Positions 26,861 to 36,329 of a DNA stretch of 64,000 nucleotides are shown here, one piece after another. The stretch is from Vulcanimicrobiales bacterium. Lineage in GTDB: Bacteria; Vulcanimicrobiota; Vulcanimicrobiia; Vulcanimicrobiales; Vulcanimicrobiaceae. Each line of letters begins with the position of its first letter. Position 1 is the first letter of the stretch. Below the pieces are notes generated by a model. That model had not been told where the DNA came from. It saw only the letters and a list, made by a program, of their open reading frames with translations, and ran no database searches. The stretch is taken from assembly GCA_038231455.1 (NCBI GenBank), contig JBBRLI010000002.1:96001-160000 (forward strand), read 5' to 3'. A program made the position numbers and the translations under genes.

Positions 26861-26929
26861 AATGCGTGTAAGCACTTGCATTCGAGCGGAGCGAGCGCTA
26901 TGATTTGAATGCAAGTACTCACACGCATT
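26861..26929 (+). promoter_or_regulatory. sigma70 promoter enclosed by a 25-bp inverted repeat (candidate TetR operators)
   Basis: TTGCAT (26876-26881), 17 nt, TATGAT (26899-26904). Arms 26861-26885 and 26905-26929 match 22/25 as reverse complements. Confidence 0.75.
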
Positions 26930-27970
26930 GATGGACGAACTCATTTGGATACGCAATACCTCGATCTTACCGTTAACCCCGCCCAGCCGCCGGAGGCCCA
27001 GATCTCTTTGGCCGTCGAGGCGCTTCTAGCGCACCAAGACGCAAGCGATCACGGCCCGACGCTCAGCGTTCGCCCCGACGCCCTCGTAAAGCTGGAGGCT
27101 CGCACCATCGGTGCGTTGATCGCTGCGCTACGCCGCTTACGTGAAGTTGGTGGTCGCTTGGAAATCGCGACGGGTCGGACCGACGTCCGTGAAACGTTGC
27201 GGATCACGGGACTCGATCACGTGTTTTCGATCGATGCGTTAACGGAAGAACCCAAAGCCAAGCGTCGCGGTGCTGTCGGTTCGCTCAAAGCCGCGGCATT
27301 CGCCGCGTTGATCGGCATCGTATCGCTCGGGCTGCCGGCAAACGCACAAACGACAGAACCGGCGGCAGCGCTCGAACCAGCCGCGATCATCGCGAAGGTC
27401 GTCGAGAAGAATCCGAGTCTTGCAAGTTACCAGTCGCACGTGCATGTGGATGTCCATATTCGCAAAGGGCTCTCGATCTTCACGCCGCTTGCAAATCTCG
27501 CCGCACCGAAGCTCGACGGTAAAACGTATTTCAAACGCCCGAACAACTATGAAGTTGTCTTCGAGAGCGTCCCGTCGTATGCCAAAGGTTTCGAGAAGAT
27601 GTACACGGACATCGGCGATCCCTCGAACTGGGAGAAGCGCTTTTCGATCACGGTTATCGGCGAGCGCGTCGTCAACGGGCACAACGACATCGAGCTCAAA
27701 CTCGTACAGCGCGTACGCGGTATGATCGATCACGAAAACGTGCTCGTCGATCCGAGTGCCTGGCAGATCGATGCCATGGAGTATCATTACTACAACGGTG
27801 GCACGATCGTGATGACGCAAAAGTATCGCGAAGAAGGCCCCTTCTCGGTGCTCGCAAGTCAGACCGCGAAGATCGACATCCCGCACATCTCTGCGACGGC
27901 GTTCGCCAGCTACACCGACTACCACACGAACGTCGCCGTCGACGATTCCGTGTTCACCAAGGTGCGCTGA
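26909..27970 (+). CDS. STAS-like domain, TM helix and extracytoplasmic LolA-like domain protein
   Basis: GALIAALRRLREVGGRL...VRETLRITGLDHVF (STAS-like C-terminal half), hydrophobic helix ending ANA, then beta-rich GKTYFKRPN...VLVDPSAWQI...YHTNVAVDDSVF. The start may be TTG 26945. Confidence 0.7.
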   Translation: MQVLTRIDGRTHLDTQYLDLTVNPAQPPEAQISLAVEALLAHQDASDHGPTLSVRPDALVKLEARTIGALIAALRRLREVGGRLEIATGRTDVRETLRITGLDHVFSIDALTEEPKAKRRGAVGSLKAAAFAALIGIVSLGLPANAQTTEPAAALEPAAIIAKVVEKNPSLASYQSHVHVDVHIRKGLSIFTPLANLAAPKLDGKTYFKRPNNYEVVFESVPSYAKGFEKMYTDIGDPSNWEKRFSITVIGERVVNGHNDIELKLVQRVRGMIDHENVLVDPSAWQIDAMEYHYYNGGTIVMTQKYREEGPFSVLASQTAKIDIPHISATAFASYTDYHTNVAVDDSVFTKVR

Positions 27971-27971
27971 G

Positions 27972-28577
27972 ATGCTCCTGAAGATCGAAGAGCCCGCGCA
28001 CACCCGCACCTCGCCCGATGAGACGCGACTGCGCATCATGACGGCGGCACACGAGATTTTCTCGCGCGCCGGAACGCGCGGCACGACGACGCGCGAGATC
28101 GCCGAAGTCGCGGGTGTCAACGAAGCCACGATCTTCCGTCACTTCGGTTCGAAGACCGGGCTACTCGATCAAATGCGCGAGCATTTCTGCGCGGTCGAAC
28201 AATTTAAAGCCATCATCAACGAGGCGACGGGCGATATCGAGAGCGACCTCAAGACGATGGGGCGGCTCATGGTGGAGCGGATCGCCGAGAACCGCGAGAT
28301 GATCGTTATCTCAATGGCGGAGGAAGCGCGCGACGCCGTCACCTTCGAGACGACGTGGCGGGGACCAAATGAGATCCTCAATCGTCTTACCGAATATCTT
28401 GCCGGACATGTTGCGGTCGGCACGATCGGCGGAAATCCGCGGACGCACGCTCGCTGTTTCATGGGTATGATCGTTGCCTACGTCATCCAGCGCAAATTGT
28501 GGGAAAGCTACGAACCGGATCCCGCAATCGCCGACTATTTCGTAACCATTTTCCTCAACGGCGCAAGGAGCAAGTAA
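27972..28577 (+). CDS. TetR/AcrR family transcriptional regulator
   Basis: RIMTAA.EIFS..G..GTTTREIAEVAGVNEATIFRHFGSK. Confidence 0.93.
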   Translation: MLLKIEEPAHTRTSPDETRLRIMTAAHEIFSRAGTRGTTTREIAEVAGVNEATIFRHFGSKTGLLDQMREHFCAVEQFKAIINEATGDIESDLKTMGRLMVERIAENREMIVISMAEEARDAVTFETTWRGPNEILNRLTEYLAGHVAVGTIGGNPRTHARCFMGMIVAYVIQRKLWESYEPDPAIADYFVTIFLNGARSK

Positions 28578-28580
28578 ACC

Positions 28581-29975
28581 GTGGAGTCCCAGACGCAGTC
28601 CCCGCCCAAGGCCGACGGGGCCGCCGCAATCGGAACGCAGCGTGGCGATGTTGCCCCGCCCCCGGAACCCGTGAAAGCCGCCCGCAAAGGGCCTCCGATC
28701 CCGGTGCTCGTCGGCATCGGTATCGTTCTGCTCGTCGCGCTGTTCTTCGGAATCAAGTACTTCGCGTACGCTTCTACGCACGAGACGACCGACGATGCGA
28801 AGATCGACGCCGATACGGTGACGATCACGAGTAAGATCAGCGAACGCGTCTCCGCCATTCTCGTGGATACGAATCAGCCGGTTCGCAAAGGCCAAGTGCT
28901 CGTGCGCCTGGATAACACGGACGAATCGTCCAAGCTCGCCTCGGCCCGCGCCGCGCGCGATTCCCAGCGTGCACAGGCTCGTGCCGCTCAAGCGTCGGTC
29001 GGCTTGACGCAATCGACGCAGACCGCTCAGAACCAGCAGGCATCCGGCGGCATCAGTGCTGCCGAGTCCGGTATTCAGAGCGCGGACGCGCAATATCAGT
29101 CAGCACTCGAACAGATCGGCGTTTCTAAAGCGGTCGTCGCTCAAGCACAAGCACAGTTGCGCGTCGCACAATCGCAAGTTCCCGCCGCTCGCGCGAACCT
29201 CGCCCGAGCGAATGCCGACTATCAGCGGACAGCCTCGCTCGTTTCAACCGGTGATATCGCGCGCTCGCAACTCGATGCGGTCCGCGCAGCGCAAGCAGCG
29301 GCCCAAGCCCAGTATCAGTCGGCGATCGACAACGTGACCGCCGCGCAAACGTCGGTAACGCAGGCGACGGTTCGCGTCTCGGCTTCGGCTTCGACCGCTG
29401 CTGCGGCGCAGTCGCAGATCGGTACACAACAGGGTCAACTCTCGACCGCCGAAGGCAAACTTGCGGAATCCGGCTCGCCGTATCGCGTAAGCGCGCAGCA
29501 AGCTCAAGCCGATGCTGCCTTCGCGCAGGTAGCATCGCTTGAAGCGCAAGTTCGCACCGCTCAAGATCAGGTCAACAATACGTCCATCGTCTCGCCGATC
29601 GACGGCTACGTCGGGGCGAAAAACGTGGAAGTTGGCAAGACCGTCTCGCCAGGTGAATCGCTCCTTGCGATCGTGCCTTCGGGCAAAGTCTACGTAACCG
29701 CGAATTACAAAGAAACACAGATTGGAAAGATGAAGCCCGGCCAAGAAGTCGACCTTAAAGTCGACGCGTATAAGGGCGTGACGTTCCAAGGTCACCTCGA
29801 TGCGATCGCACCTGCATCGCAAAACACGTTCAGCTTAGTGCCCGCGCAAAATGCGACCGGCAACTTCGTGAAAGTCACGCAGCGCTTGCCCGTCCGTATC
29901 CTCTTCGACAATCCGCCGACGGATAAACCGCTGCGCCCGGGTATGTCCGTTGAGGCATCCGTTCGCGTCAAGTAG
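28581..29975 (+). CDS. HlyD/EmrA-type membrane fusion protein
   Basis: TM anchor, ETTDDA, I.SPIDG.V, ANYKETQI, PAQNATGNFVKVTQRLPVRI, LRPGMSV. Confidence 0.92.
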   Translation: MESQTQSPPKADGAAAIGTQRGDVAPPPEPVKAARKGPPIPVLVGIGIVLLVALFFGIKYFAYASTHETTDDAKIDADTVTITSKISERVSAILVDTNQPVRKGQVLVRLDNTDESSKLASARAARDSQRAQARAAQASVGLTQSTQTAQNQQASGGISAAESGIQSADAQYQSALEQIGVSKAVVAQAQAQLRVAQSQVPAARANLARANADYQRTASLVSTGDIARSQLDAVRAAQAAAQAQYQSAIDNVTAAQTSVTQATVRVSASASTAAAAQSQIGTQQGQLSTAEGKLAESGSPYRVSAQQAQADAAFAQVASLEAQVRTAQDQVNNTSIVSPIDGYVGAKNVEVGKTVSPGESLLAIVPSGKVYVTANYKETQIGKMKPGQEVDLKVDAYKGVTFQGHLDAIAPASQNTFSLVPAQNATGNFVKVTQRLPVRILFDNPPTDKPLRPGMSVEASVRVK

Positions 29976-30003
29976 TCCCCACCGTAACAACGAAAGAAGA
30001 TCC

Positions 30004-31977
30004 GTGGACCGCCGTTCTCTCTCGCTCGCGCTGAGCGTGTCGCTCAGCGCACTCCTCGTCGCGCCAACCGCGATTCTCGCGCAACCGCAGGCATCTCCGT
30101 CGCCTGCATCCGCCGTCACGCCTCGGCCCGCGGCAACGCGACAACCCGCGAGCGGTGCTGCGTTGCCCGGATCGCCGCAACCCGGCCCGAGTGCGCGACC
30201 GATCGGGACGAATCCGCAGTCGAACGGACAGCCGGCTCCGCCGAATATTCCGGTGTTGCCTCCGGTCCCCGATATCGCTCCCGGTTACGAAGCGCCGCAA
30301 AACGGCACTCCGGCGGGCGAGATCGTCGGCGTTGCGCAGCTGCCGTTTGTCGGCATCTCGCTCGAAGATGCAATCGCGATGGCGCTCATGCGCAATACGG
30401 ACTTAGCACTCGCGCAATCGAACCGCCGCATCGCCAACTACCAGATCGTTGCCGCGGAAGGCGCGTACGACGTGCGCTTCCAGGTCTCGCCGCAATATTC
30501 GCACAGCGTTACTCCGCCGCAGAGTCCGTTCCAAGCCGGACCCGGTGTCGGACCGATCACACAGGACGTCGCGGGCGCGACGACGTCGTTATCGGGTCTC
30601 ACGCGCGGGGGCCAGCAATTTAGCGTTTCCGCAAGCGCTCAGGATGTCCGCACGAACAACACGTCGGCCGGTTTCGATCCGTCGTATCCGACGTCACTTT
30701 CCTTCAATCTCTCGCAGCCGCTGTTCCGCGGTCGCGAAACGAATGCGGCGCGTCGTCAGCTGTTGCTCGCGCAAGCTAGTGCCCTCACCTCAAAGGACAT
30801 CGCCCTCACGCAAGCATCGAGCACGCTTACAAACCTCAGCAACGCGTATTGGGACCTCGTCTCGGCGTGGCGCAACGTAGCGATTCAAGAAGAAGGCCTC
30901 AAACAAGCGCAGGCGCAGGCGCAGAGCAATTCGCGTCTCGCCGCGCGCGGTCAGGCAGCTCCCGTCGATATCGTCGAATCGAATACGCAAGTCAATGTCT
31001 TTCAAGACAACGTTTTTGCCGCGCTGCAGAACGTGCATCGTCTCCAGACCCAGATCAAATCGCTCGTGCTCGCGAACCCCGCCGATCCGCTCTGGATGGC
31101 CAATCTCGTACCGACCTCGAACGTGCGCCAATTGCCGGCCGAACCGACGGTTGACGACCTGATCGTGCAAGCGCTGCGCACGCGACCGGAAATCGCGCAA
31201 TTGCGCGACGCGCGACGCGCCGCTGACATCAACGCAAGCTATGCGAAAGATCAAACAAAGCCGCAACTCGATCTCAACCTCGGCTATACCACGAGCGGCT
31301 TTGCGGGCAATCCGACCGATCCGCGCAACAACCCAATCTTCGGTGCGCTCGGGCCGCAGTTCGCAGCCGTCAACGCGCTTATCGCACGCGCCAACGTGGG
31401 ATTACCGCCGAGCCAGCAAATTCCGACCGTCAATACGGCGCTGCCGACAACACCCGGCTACCTCTCAGGCCGGTTCGGTCAGTCGACCAAGAACCTGCTG
31501 GACAATCGCTTCCCTACCTATCAAGTCGGTGTGACGTACACCCTGCCCCTCGGCAACCGTACGGCAAAAGCCGACTACGCGATCGCGCAAGAACTGCAGT
31601 CGCAAGTGCAGCTGCAAGAAATCGCGTTGCTCCAGCGCGTGAAATCCGAGGCCAGCAACGCAATTCAGACGCTGCGCGAAACGCGTTACCGTCTCATCGC
31701 CGCGCACAACGCGCGCGTCGCTGCTGAACAAGTCTTTGCATCCGAACAGCGCCGGTTCACTGCTGGGACGTCGACGACGTACCTTGTGCTCCAGCGTTCG
31801 CTCGATGTCGCGAACCAGCGCGGGCGCGAACTGCAAGCCCAGACCGACCTCAACAAGGCCGTCGTCGAACTGCAGCGCGTCTCCGGTTCGATCTTCGCCG
31901 ACAACAAGATCGACGTGAATGCGCTTGGCGCGACCAGTAAAAACGCCGCGACGCCGAACGGTTCGAAGCTTCCTTAG
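30004..31977 (+). CDS. TolC family outer membrane efflux protein
   Basis: Signal peptide, Pro-rich linker, SLEDAI.MAL.RN.DL, AL..RPEI, EQRRF.AG.ST...VL OEP repeats. Confidence 0.88.
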   Translation: MDRRSLSLALSVSLSALLVAPTAILAQPQASPSPASAVTPRPAATRQPASGAALPGSPQPGPSARPIGTNPQSNGQPAPPNIPVLPPVPDIAPGYEAPQNGTPAGEIVGVAQLPFVGISLEDAIAMALMRNTDLALAQSNRRIANYQIVAAEGAYDVRFQVSPQYSHSVTPPQSPFQAGPGVGPITQDVAGATTSLSGLTRGGQQFSVSASAQDVRTNNTSAGFDPSYPTSLSFNLSQPLFRGRETNAARRQLLLAQASALTSKDIALTQASSTLTNLSNAYWDLVSAWRNVAIQEEGLKQAQAQAQSNSRLAARGQAAPVDIVESNTQVNVFQDNVFAALQNVHRLQTQIKSLVLANPADPLWMANLVPTSNVRQLPAEPTVDDLIVQALRTRPEIAQLRDARRAADINASYAKDQTKPQLDLNLGYTTSGFAGNPTDPRNNPIFGALGPQFAAVNALIARANVGLPPSQQIPTVNTALPTTPGYLSGRFGQSTKNLLDNRFPTYQVGVTYTLPLGNRTAKADYAIAQELQSQVQLQEIALLQRVKSEASNAIQTLRETRYRLIAAHNARVAAEQVFASEQRRFTAGTSTTYLVLQRSLDVANQRGRELQAQTDLNKAVVELQRVSGSIFADNKIDVNALGATSKNAATPNGSKLP

Positions 31978-31997
31978 CGTCCGTACCGTGGGTTGGT

Positions 31998-32729
31998 TCA
32001 GGCCGTGCGCTTGAGTTTTGCGACCGCCGCGCGGTCGACAATCCAGAGCAGTTCTCCGTCGGTTGGCGCGACAAGCTGAATCGGGTAGAGCGCCGGATTT
32101 TGCGGTCCCTCGAGGACGGCAGCGAGTGCGTCGGCTTTGCTGTCGCCGCCCGTCTCGATTGTTACGCTGCGCGCGTGGTTGATCACGCGCGGGGTGAGCG
32201 TGACGCGGTGCGTTGCAAATTTCTCGACCCACGGGGCGGCGGTCAATTTGCCGTCGTCGATTTGATCGAGCGTCCCGGGGAAGATCGAAGCGGTGTGCCC
32301 GTCGGGACCCATCCCTAAGTGGATGAGATCGAAGCGCGGTCGAGCGCCCATCTCGCGTACGAGGACTTGCGCGTAGGCATCGGCCGCGGCTTGCGGTTCG
32401 TCCTCGCCGCGGATGCGAAAGATTTGACTGTCCTCGATACGCAGCGGCGCGAACAACGACTCATTCGTCATGCGGTAATTGGAGTCGACGTGGTCCGGCG
32501 GCACGCAGCGCTCATCGCCGAAGAAGAAACGAATGGATTCCCAGTGGACGCGATCTTTGCGCGGCGAAACGGCGAGTAGCGCGTTCATGGCCTTGGGCGT
32601 CGAGCCACCGGCAAGCGCGACATCGAACGAGCCTCGCTCCATGATCGCCGCGCGGGCCTTTTCCACAAAATGATCCGCAGCGCGCTCGGCGAGTTCGACG
32701 TCGCCGGCGACGATGACGAGATTGTCCAC
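31998..32729 (-). CDS. pgl: 6-phosphogluconolactonase
   Basis: ALAGGSTP, FFGDERCVPP....SNY, LGMGPDGHTASIFP, RVTLT. Confidence 0.95.
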   Translation of the reverse strand: MDNLVIVAGDVELAERAADHFVEKARAAIMERGSFDVALAGGSTPKAMNALLAVSPRKDRVHWESIRFFFGDERCVPPDHVDSNYRMTNESLFAPLRIEDSQIFRIRGEDEPQAAADAYAQVLVREMGARPRFDLIHLGMGPDGHTASIFPGTLDQIDDGKLTAAPWVEKFATHRVTLTPRVINHARSVTIETGGDSKADALAAVLEGPQNPALYPIQLVAPTDGELLWIVDRAAVAKLKRTA

Positions 32730-32739
32730 GACCGTCTTT

Positions 32740-33741
32740 CTAAGCGAGAATTGCGCCGACCATGCGCAGGGCGGTTTCGAAGATCTTATCGGTTTGGCGT
32801 TCGAGGATCGCGCGTTCGATGAGCGAGGCGTTGTCGATTGCCTGCAGCGTTGCGAGGCGCTCCGGTCGCTCTTTCTTGCCCTCGACGTAGAGCCGTACGA
32901 CGGCGGGGTCGCTGGTCACTTCTGCAATGTATGTCGAATTTGTGGTTGTGATGGCGACGGTTTGCACGCGCCGCATCCCGCCGTCTCGTACGAGCGAAAA
33001 TTTAATCGGCGTGCCGTCGCGGTCGCAGAATTCATCGTGCCCGCACGCCTTCCAACCGAGACGGCTGCCGAGCCAACCCGCAAGATAAAGCGCCTCGGCG
33101 CTGGAACCCGAGACGATCTTCAAGGACCGAATGCAAAAGAGTTCTTCCCTAAGCGCAGCGTCGTCGAAGAATTGTGCCACCATATCGTGCCACGGACTCA
33201 GCCGCATCCACGCAAGATCGCGTAGGGCAAGGCGTCGCCTCGTGCGTTCGAAGAACGCCGAAAGACCGAGGATCGCCCCGTCGTCGCGGGTGGAACCCGA
33301 CGAATCGACGACGACGTCTGCGGCAATTTCGATGAGTTTATCGAAGCGCGGACTGCCGGCGGTTTCCTCCGCCGTCCACCAGAGGACCGTCGGCAAATCG
33401 GGGATCGTGAGCGCGTGCGCGATCGCACGCAGTTCGTCGGCGCTCATTCCGCGGCAAGCAAGCGTAATGCGTTCGCTCTTGATCGTGCCGTGGCCGTCGC
33501 CGGAAAACGTCTCGACGGTCGCGCCGTCTTCGAGTCCGGTCGTATCGAGCACGATCATGCGCGAGGGATGTTTGTCGGCGATCATCGTCGCGCGCTCCAT
33601 CACCCACTCGCGCCGCTCGGCGTCATCGATAAACACGATGAAATTGATGGTCGTCGCGCTGACGGTCGTCGCGTCGTGCTTGAGACGCGAGAGTTCCGCG
33701 CGAATCGAATCGACGTCGGCGGGAAGATGTTGCGCGTTCAT
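32740..33741 (-). CDS. opcA: glucose-6-phosphate dehydrogenase assembly/effector protein OpcA
   Basis: HPSRMIVL, PDLPTVLWW, VVDS, DLAWMRL.PW, LAGWLGSRLGW. ATG overlaps the zwf stop. Confidence 0.88.
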   Translation of the reverse strand: MNAQHLPADVDSIRAELSRLKHDATTVSATTINFIVFIDDAERREWVMERATMIADKHPSRMIVLDTTGLEDGATVETFSGDGHGTIKSERITLACRGMSADELRAIAHALTIPDLPTVLWWTAEETAGSPRFDKLIEIAADVVVDSSGSTRDDGAILGLSAFFERTRRRLALRDLAWMRLSPWHDMVAQFFDDAALREELFCIRSLKIVSGSSAEALYLAGWLGSRLGWKACGHDEFCDRDGTPIKFSLVRDGGMRRVQTVAITTTNSTYIAEVTSDPAVVRLYVEGKKERPERLATLQAIDNASLIERAILERQTDKIFETALRMVGAILA

Positions 33742-35297
33742 ATGGTCCTCCAATCCCGGCCGTCGTCTTCGAGCATGGCATCCGATGCGATCGGCCCTTG
33801 TCCGCCGGCGGCGTAGTTGGGAAAACTATCGTCCTTGAGTTGCGTCCATCGATCGAGGATCGGGGTGACGGCCTGCCATGCCGCCTCGACGGCATCCCAA
33901 CGCGTGAAGAGCGTCGCATCGCCGCGCATCGCATCGCCGATGAGGCGTTCGTACGCGGGTGCCGAGACGACGCCAAAGCCCGTGCCGTAGTTGAAGTCCA
34001 TGCTTACCGCGCGAATGTGCATCTTGGGACCCGGCACTTTGGCCGAGAAGCGCAGCGAGACGCCTTCTTCGGGCTGGATCTTCATGACGAGCACGTTGTT
34101 GTCGATCGAGTCGCCCGCCTCACCGAAGAGGCGATGCGGAATGCCTTTGAAGCGGACCGCAATCTCCGAGTACTTCCGCGCGAGACGCTTCCCGGAGCGC
34201 AGGTAGAACGGCACTTCGGCCCAGCGCCAGTTGTCGATGTAGAACTTGACTGCTGCGTACGTCTCGGTATTGGAGTTCGGGGCAACGTCCGGTTCGTCGC
34301 GATAGCCTTGCACGGGCTTGCCATCGATCATTCCCGCGGCATATTGTCCGCGCGCGGCATCGTACATTACGCGATCGGGATCGATCGGACGCAGTGCTGA
34401 GAGCACCTTGAACTTCTCATCGCGGATGTTGTCCGCGTTCGGCGAGACCGGCGGTTCCATCGCGACGAGGGCGAGCAAGTTGATGACGTGATTTTGAATC
34501 ATGTCGCGCAGGGCCCCTGCGTTATCGTAGTAGCCGCCACGGAGTTCGACGCCGACGGTTTCGGATGCCGTGATCTGAATCGAGTCGACGTAGCGACGAT
34601 TCCAAAGCGGCTCGAAGATCACGTTGGCAAAACGTAAGGCCATAATATCTTGGACGGGTTCTTTGCCAAGATAATGATCGATGCGGTAGACCTGCTTTTC
34701 TTCGAACACTTTGCCGACGTCGGACTGGAGCGAACGCGCCGACTGCAAATCCGTACCGAACGGCTTCTCGATGATGATGCGCGTCCAGCCTTTGGGATTG
34801 TCTTTCGGCCCGAGACCCGCTTGCGCGAGCATATCGACGATCTTGCCGAAGACCGAAGGCGGCGTCGAGAGATAGAAGAGCCGGTTGCCGTTCGTCCCGA
34901 GTTCTTCGTCGTTTTTATCGAGCTGTTCTTTGAGGGCTTTAAATGCGGCCGCGTCATCGAACGTGCCCGAGACGTACGAGAGTTTCTTTGCGAAGTCCGA
35001 CCACAGCGGATCGCGCGCGGGGCCGGAGCGCGAAAATTCATCCACGCTCTTTTTCATCTCCGTTCGGAATTCTTCGGCCGAGAATTCCGAACGTGAGAAG
35101 CCCACGATGCCGAAGTTGGCCGGCATGATGTCGCCTAGGCGCAGATTGTACATCGCGGGCAGCAGCATGCGTTTCATCAGGTCGCCGGACGCGCCGAAGA
35201 AGACGATGCTGCACGGATCGCTGATGCGATTGCTCGCAACGCCAGCACGCAGCGGGTTTTCATCGAGGTTCGGGCGATCCAGAGTGATCTCGGACAT
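33738..35297 (-). CDS. zwf: glucose-6-phosphate 1-dehydrogenase
   Basis: FGASGDL, IEKPFG, RIDHYLGKE, GALRDMIQNH, VPFYLRSGKRL. Confidence 0.97.
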   Translation of the reverse strand: MSEITLDRPNLDENPLRAGVASNRISDPCSIVFFGASGDLMKRMLLPAMYNLRLGDIMPANFGIVGFSRSEFSAEEFRTEMKKSVDEFSRSGPARDPLWSDFAKKLSYVSGTFDDAAAFKALKEQLDKNDEELGTNGNRLFYLSTPPSVFGKIVDMLAQAGLGPKDNPKGWTRIIIEKPFGTDLQSARSLQSDVGKVFEEKQVYRIDHYLGKEPVQDIMALRFANVIFEPLWNRRYVDSIQITASETVGVELRGGYYDNAGALRDMIQNHVINLLALVAMEPPVSPNADNIRDEKFKVLSALRPIDPDRVMYDAARGQYAAGMIDGKPVQGYRDEPDVAPNSNTETYAAVKFYIDNWRWAEVPFYLRSGKRLARKYSEIAVRFKGIPHRLFGEAGDSIDNNVLVMKIQPEEGVSLRFSAKVPGPKMHIRAVSMDFNYGTGFGVVSAPAYERLIGDAMRGDATLFTRWDAVEAAWQAVTPILDRWTQLKDDSFPNYAAGGQGPIASDAMLEDDGRDWRTI

Positions 35298-35304
35298 GCT
35301 CTCC

Positions 35305-36231
35305 CTACTTCTTTGCCGGAGCCCCGTGTGCAGCGGTCTCCGCTTTGATTGCGTGACCGCCGAACTGATTGCGCAGCGCGGCGATGACTTTGGCGGAGAA
35401 CGATTCGTCCTGGCGCGAAACGAAGCGCGATAAGAGCGACATCGTAATCACGGGCGCGGGAACGTTCTGATCGATCGCAGCCTGCACCGTCCAGCGGCCT
35501 TCACCCGAATCTTCGACGAAGCCGCGTACGGTCGAGAGCGTCGTATCTTCTTTGAACGCAAGCTCCGCGAGTTCCAAGAGCCACGAGCGTACGACCGAAC
35601 CGTGCAGCCACAGTTCCGAGAGCTGATGCAAGTCGTACTTGAACGGCGAGGTCTCGAGAATTTCGAAGCCTTCACCGTAGGCCGCAAGCATGCCGTACTC
35701 GATGCCGTTGTGCACCATCTTCGAGAAGTGGCCGGCACCGACTGGACCGACGTGCGCGTAACCGTTCTCCGGCGCGAGCGTGATAAACACCGGCTCGCAG
35801 CGCTTTACCGCAGCATCGGCACCGCCGACCATCAGACAGTAGCCGTTGGCAAGGCCCCACACGCCGCCCGAGGTTCCGGCATCGACGAAATCGACACTCT
35901 TGACCTTGCATCGCTCGGCGCGCGCTTGTGAATCTTTCCAATTGGAGTTGCCGCCATCGATGATGACGTCGCCCGGTGCGAGCAGCCCCAGCAATTCGTC
36001 GATCGTCGATTCTGTCGGCGCGCCGGAAGGCACCATGATCCAGAGCGCGCGCGGTGCCTTGAGTTTGCCGACGAGGTCCGCAAGGCCGGTCGAGCCCGTC
36101 GCTCCTTCGGATACGGAATGCGCGATCGCATCAGCAGAACGGTCGTACACGACGACCTCGTGCTTGCCGCGCAAGAGACGCGTCGTCATATTCGCGCCCA
36201 TTTTTCCAAGTCCGATCATTCCCAGTTGCAT
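35305..36231 (-). CDS. gnd: 6-phosphogluconate dehydrogenase, short (YqeC/GntZ-like) type
   Basis: GMIGLGKMG, IDGGNS, DAGTSGG, GHFSKMVHNGIEYG, DSGEGRWTV, LRNQFGGH. Confidence 0.95.
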   Translation of the reverse strand: MQLGMIGLGKMGANMTTRLLRGKHEVVVYDRSADAIAHSVSEGATGSTGLADLVGKLKAPRALWIMVPSGAPTESTIDELLGLLAPGDVIIDGGNSNWKDSQARAERCKVKSVDFVDAGTSGGVWGLANGYCLMVGGADAAVKRCEPVFITLAPENGYAHVGPVGAGHFSKMVHNGIEYGMLAAYGEGFEILETSPFKYDLHQLSELWLHGSVVRSWLLELAELAFKEDTTLSTVRGFVEDSGEGRWTVQAAIDQNVPAPVITMSLLSRFVSRQDESFSAKVIAALRNQFGGHAIKAETAAHGAPAKK

Positions 36232-36329
36232 GGTTGGCCGAGCCCCATTTCGGAAAGTGTGGAAAGGTAGCAAGGGCTTCCAAGCAAGCCGCGGGGCTTC
36301 CCGCGATGGAGCCCCGCGTTATTCGATTG

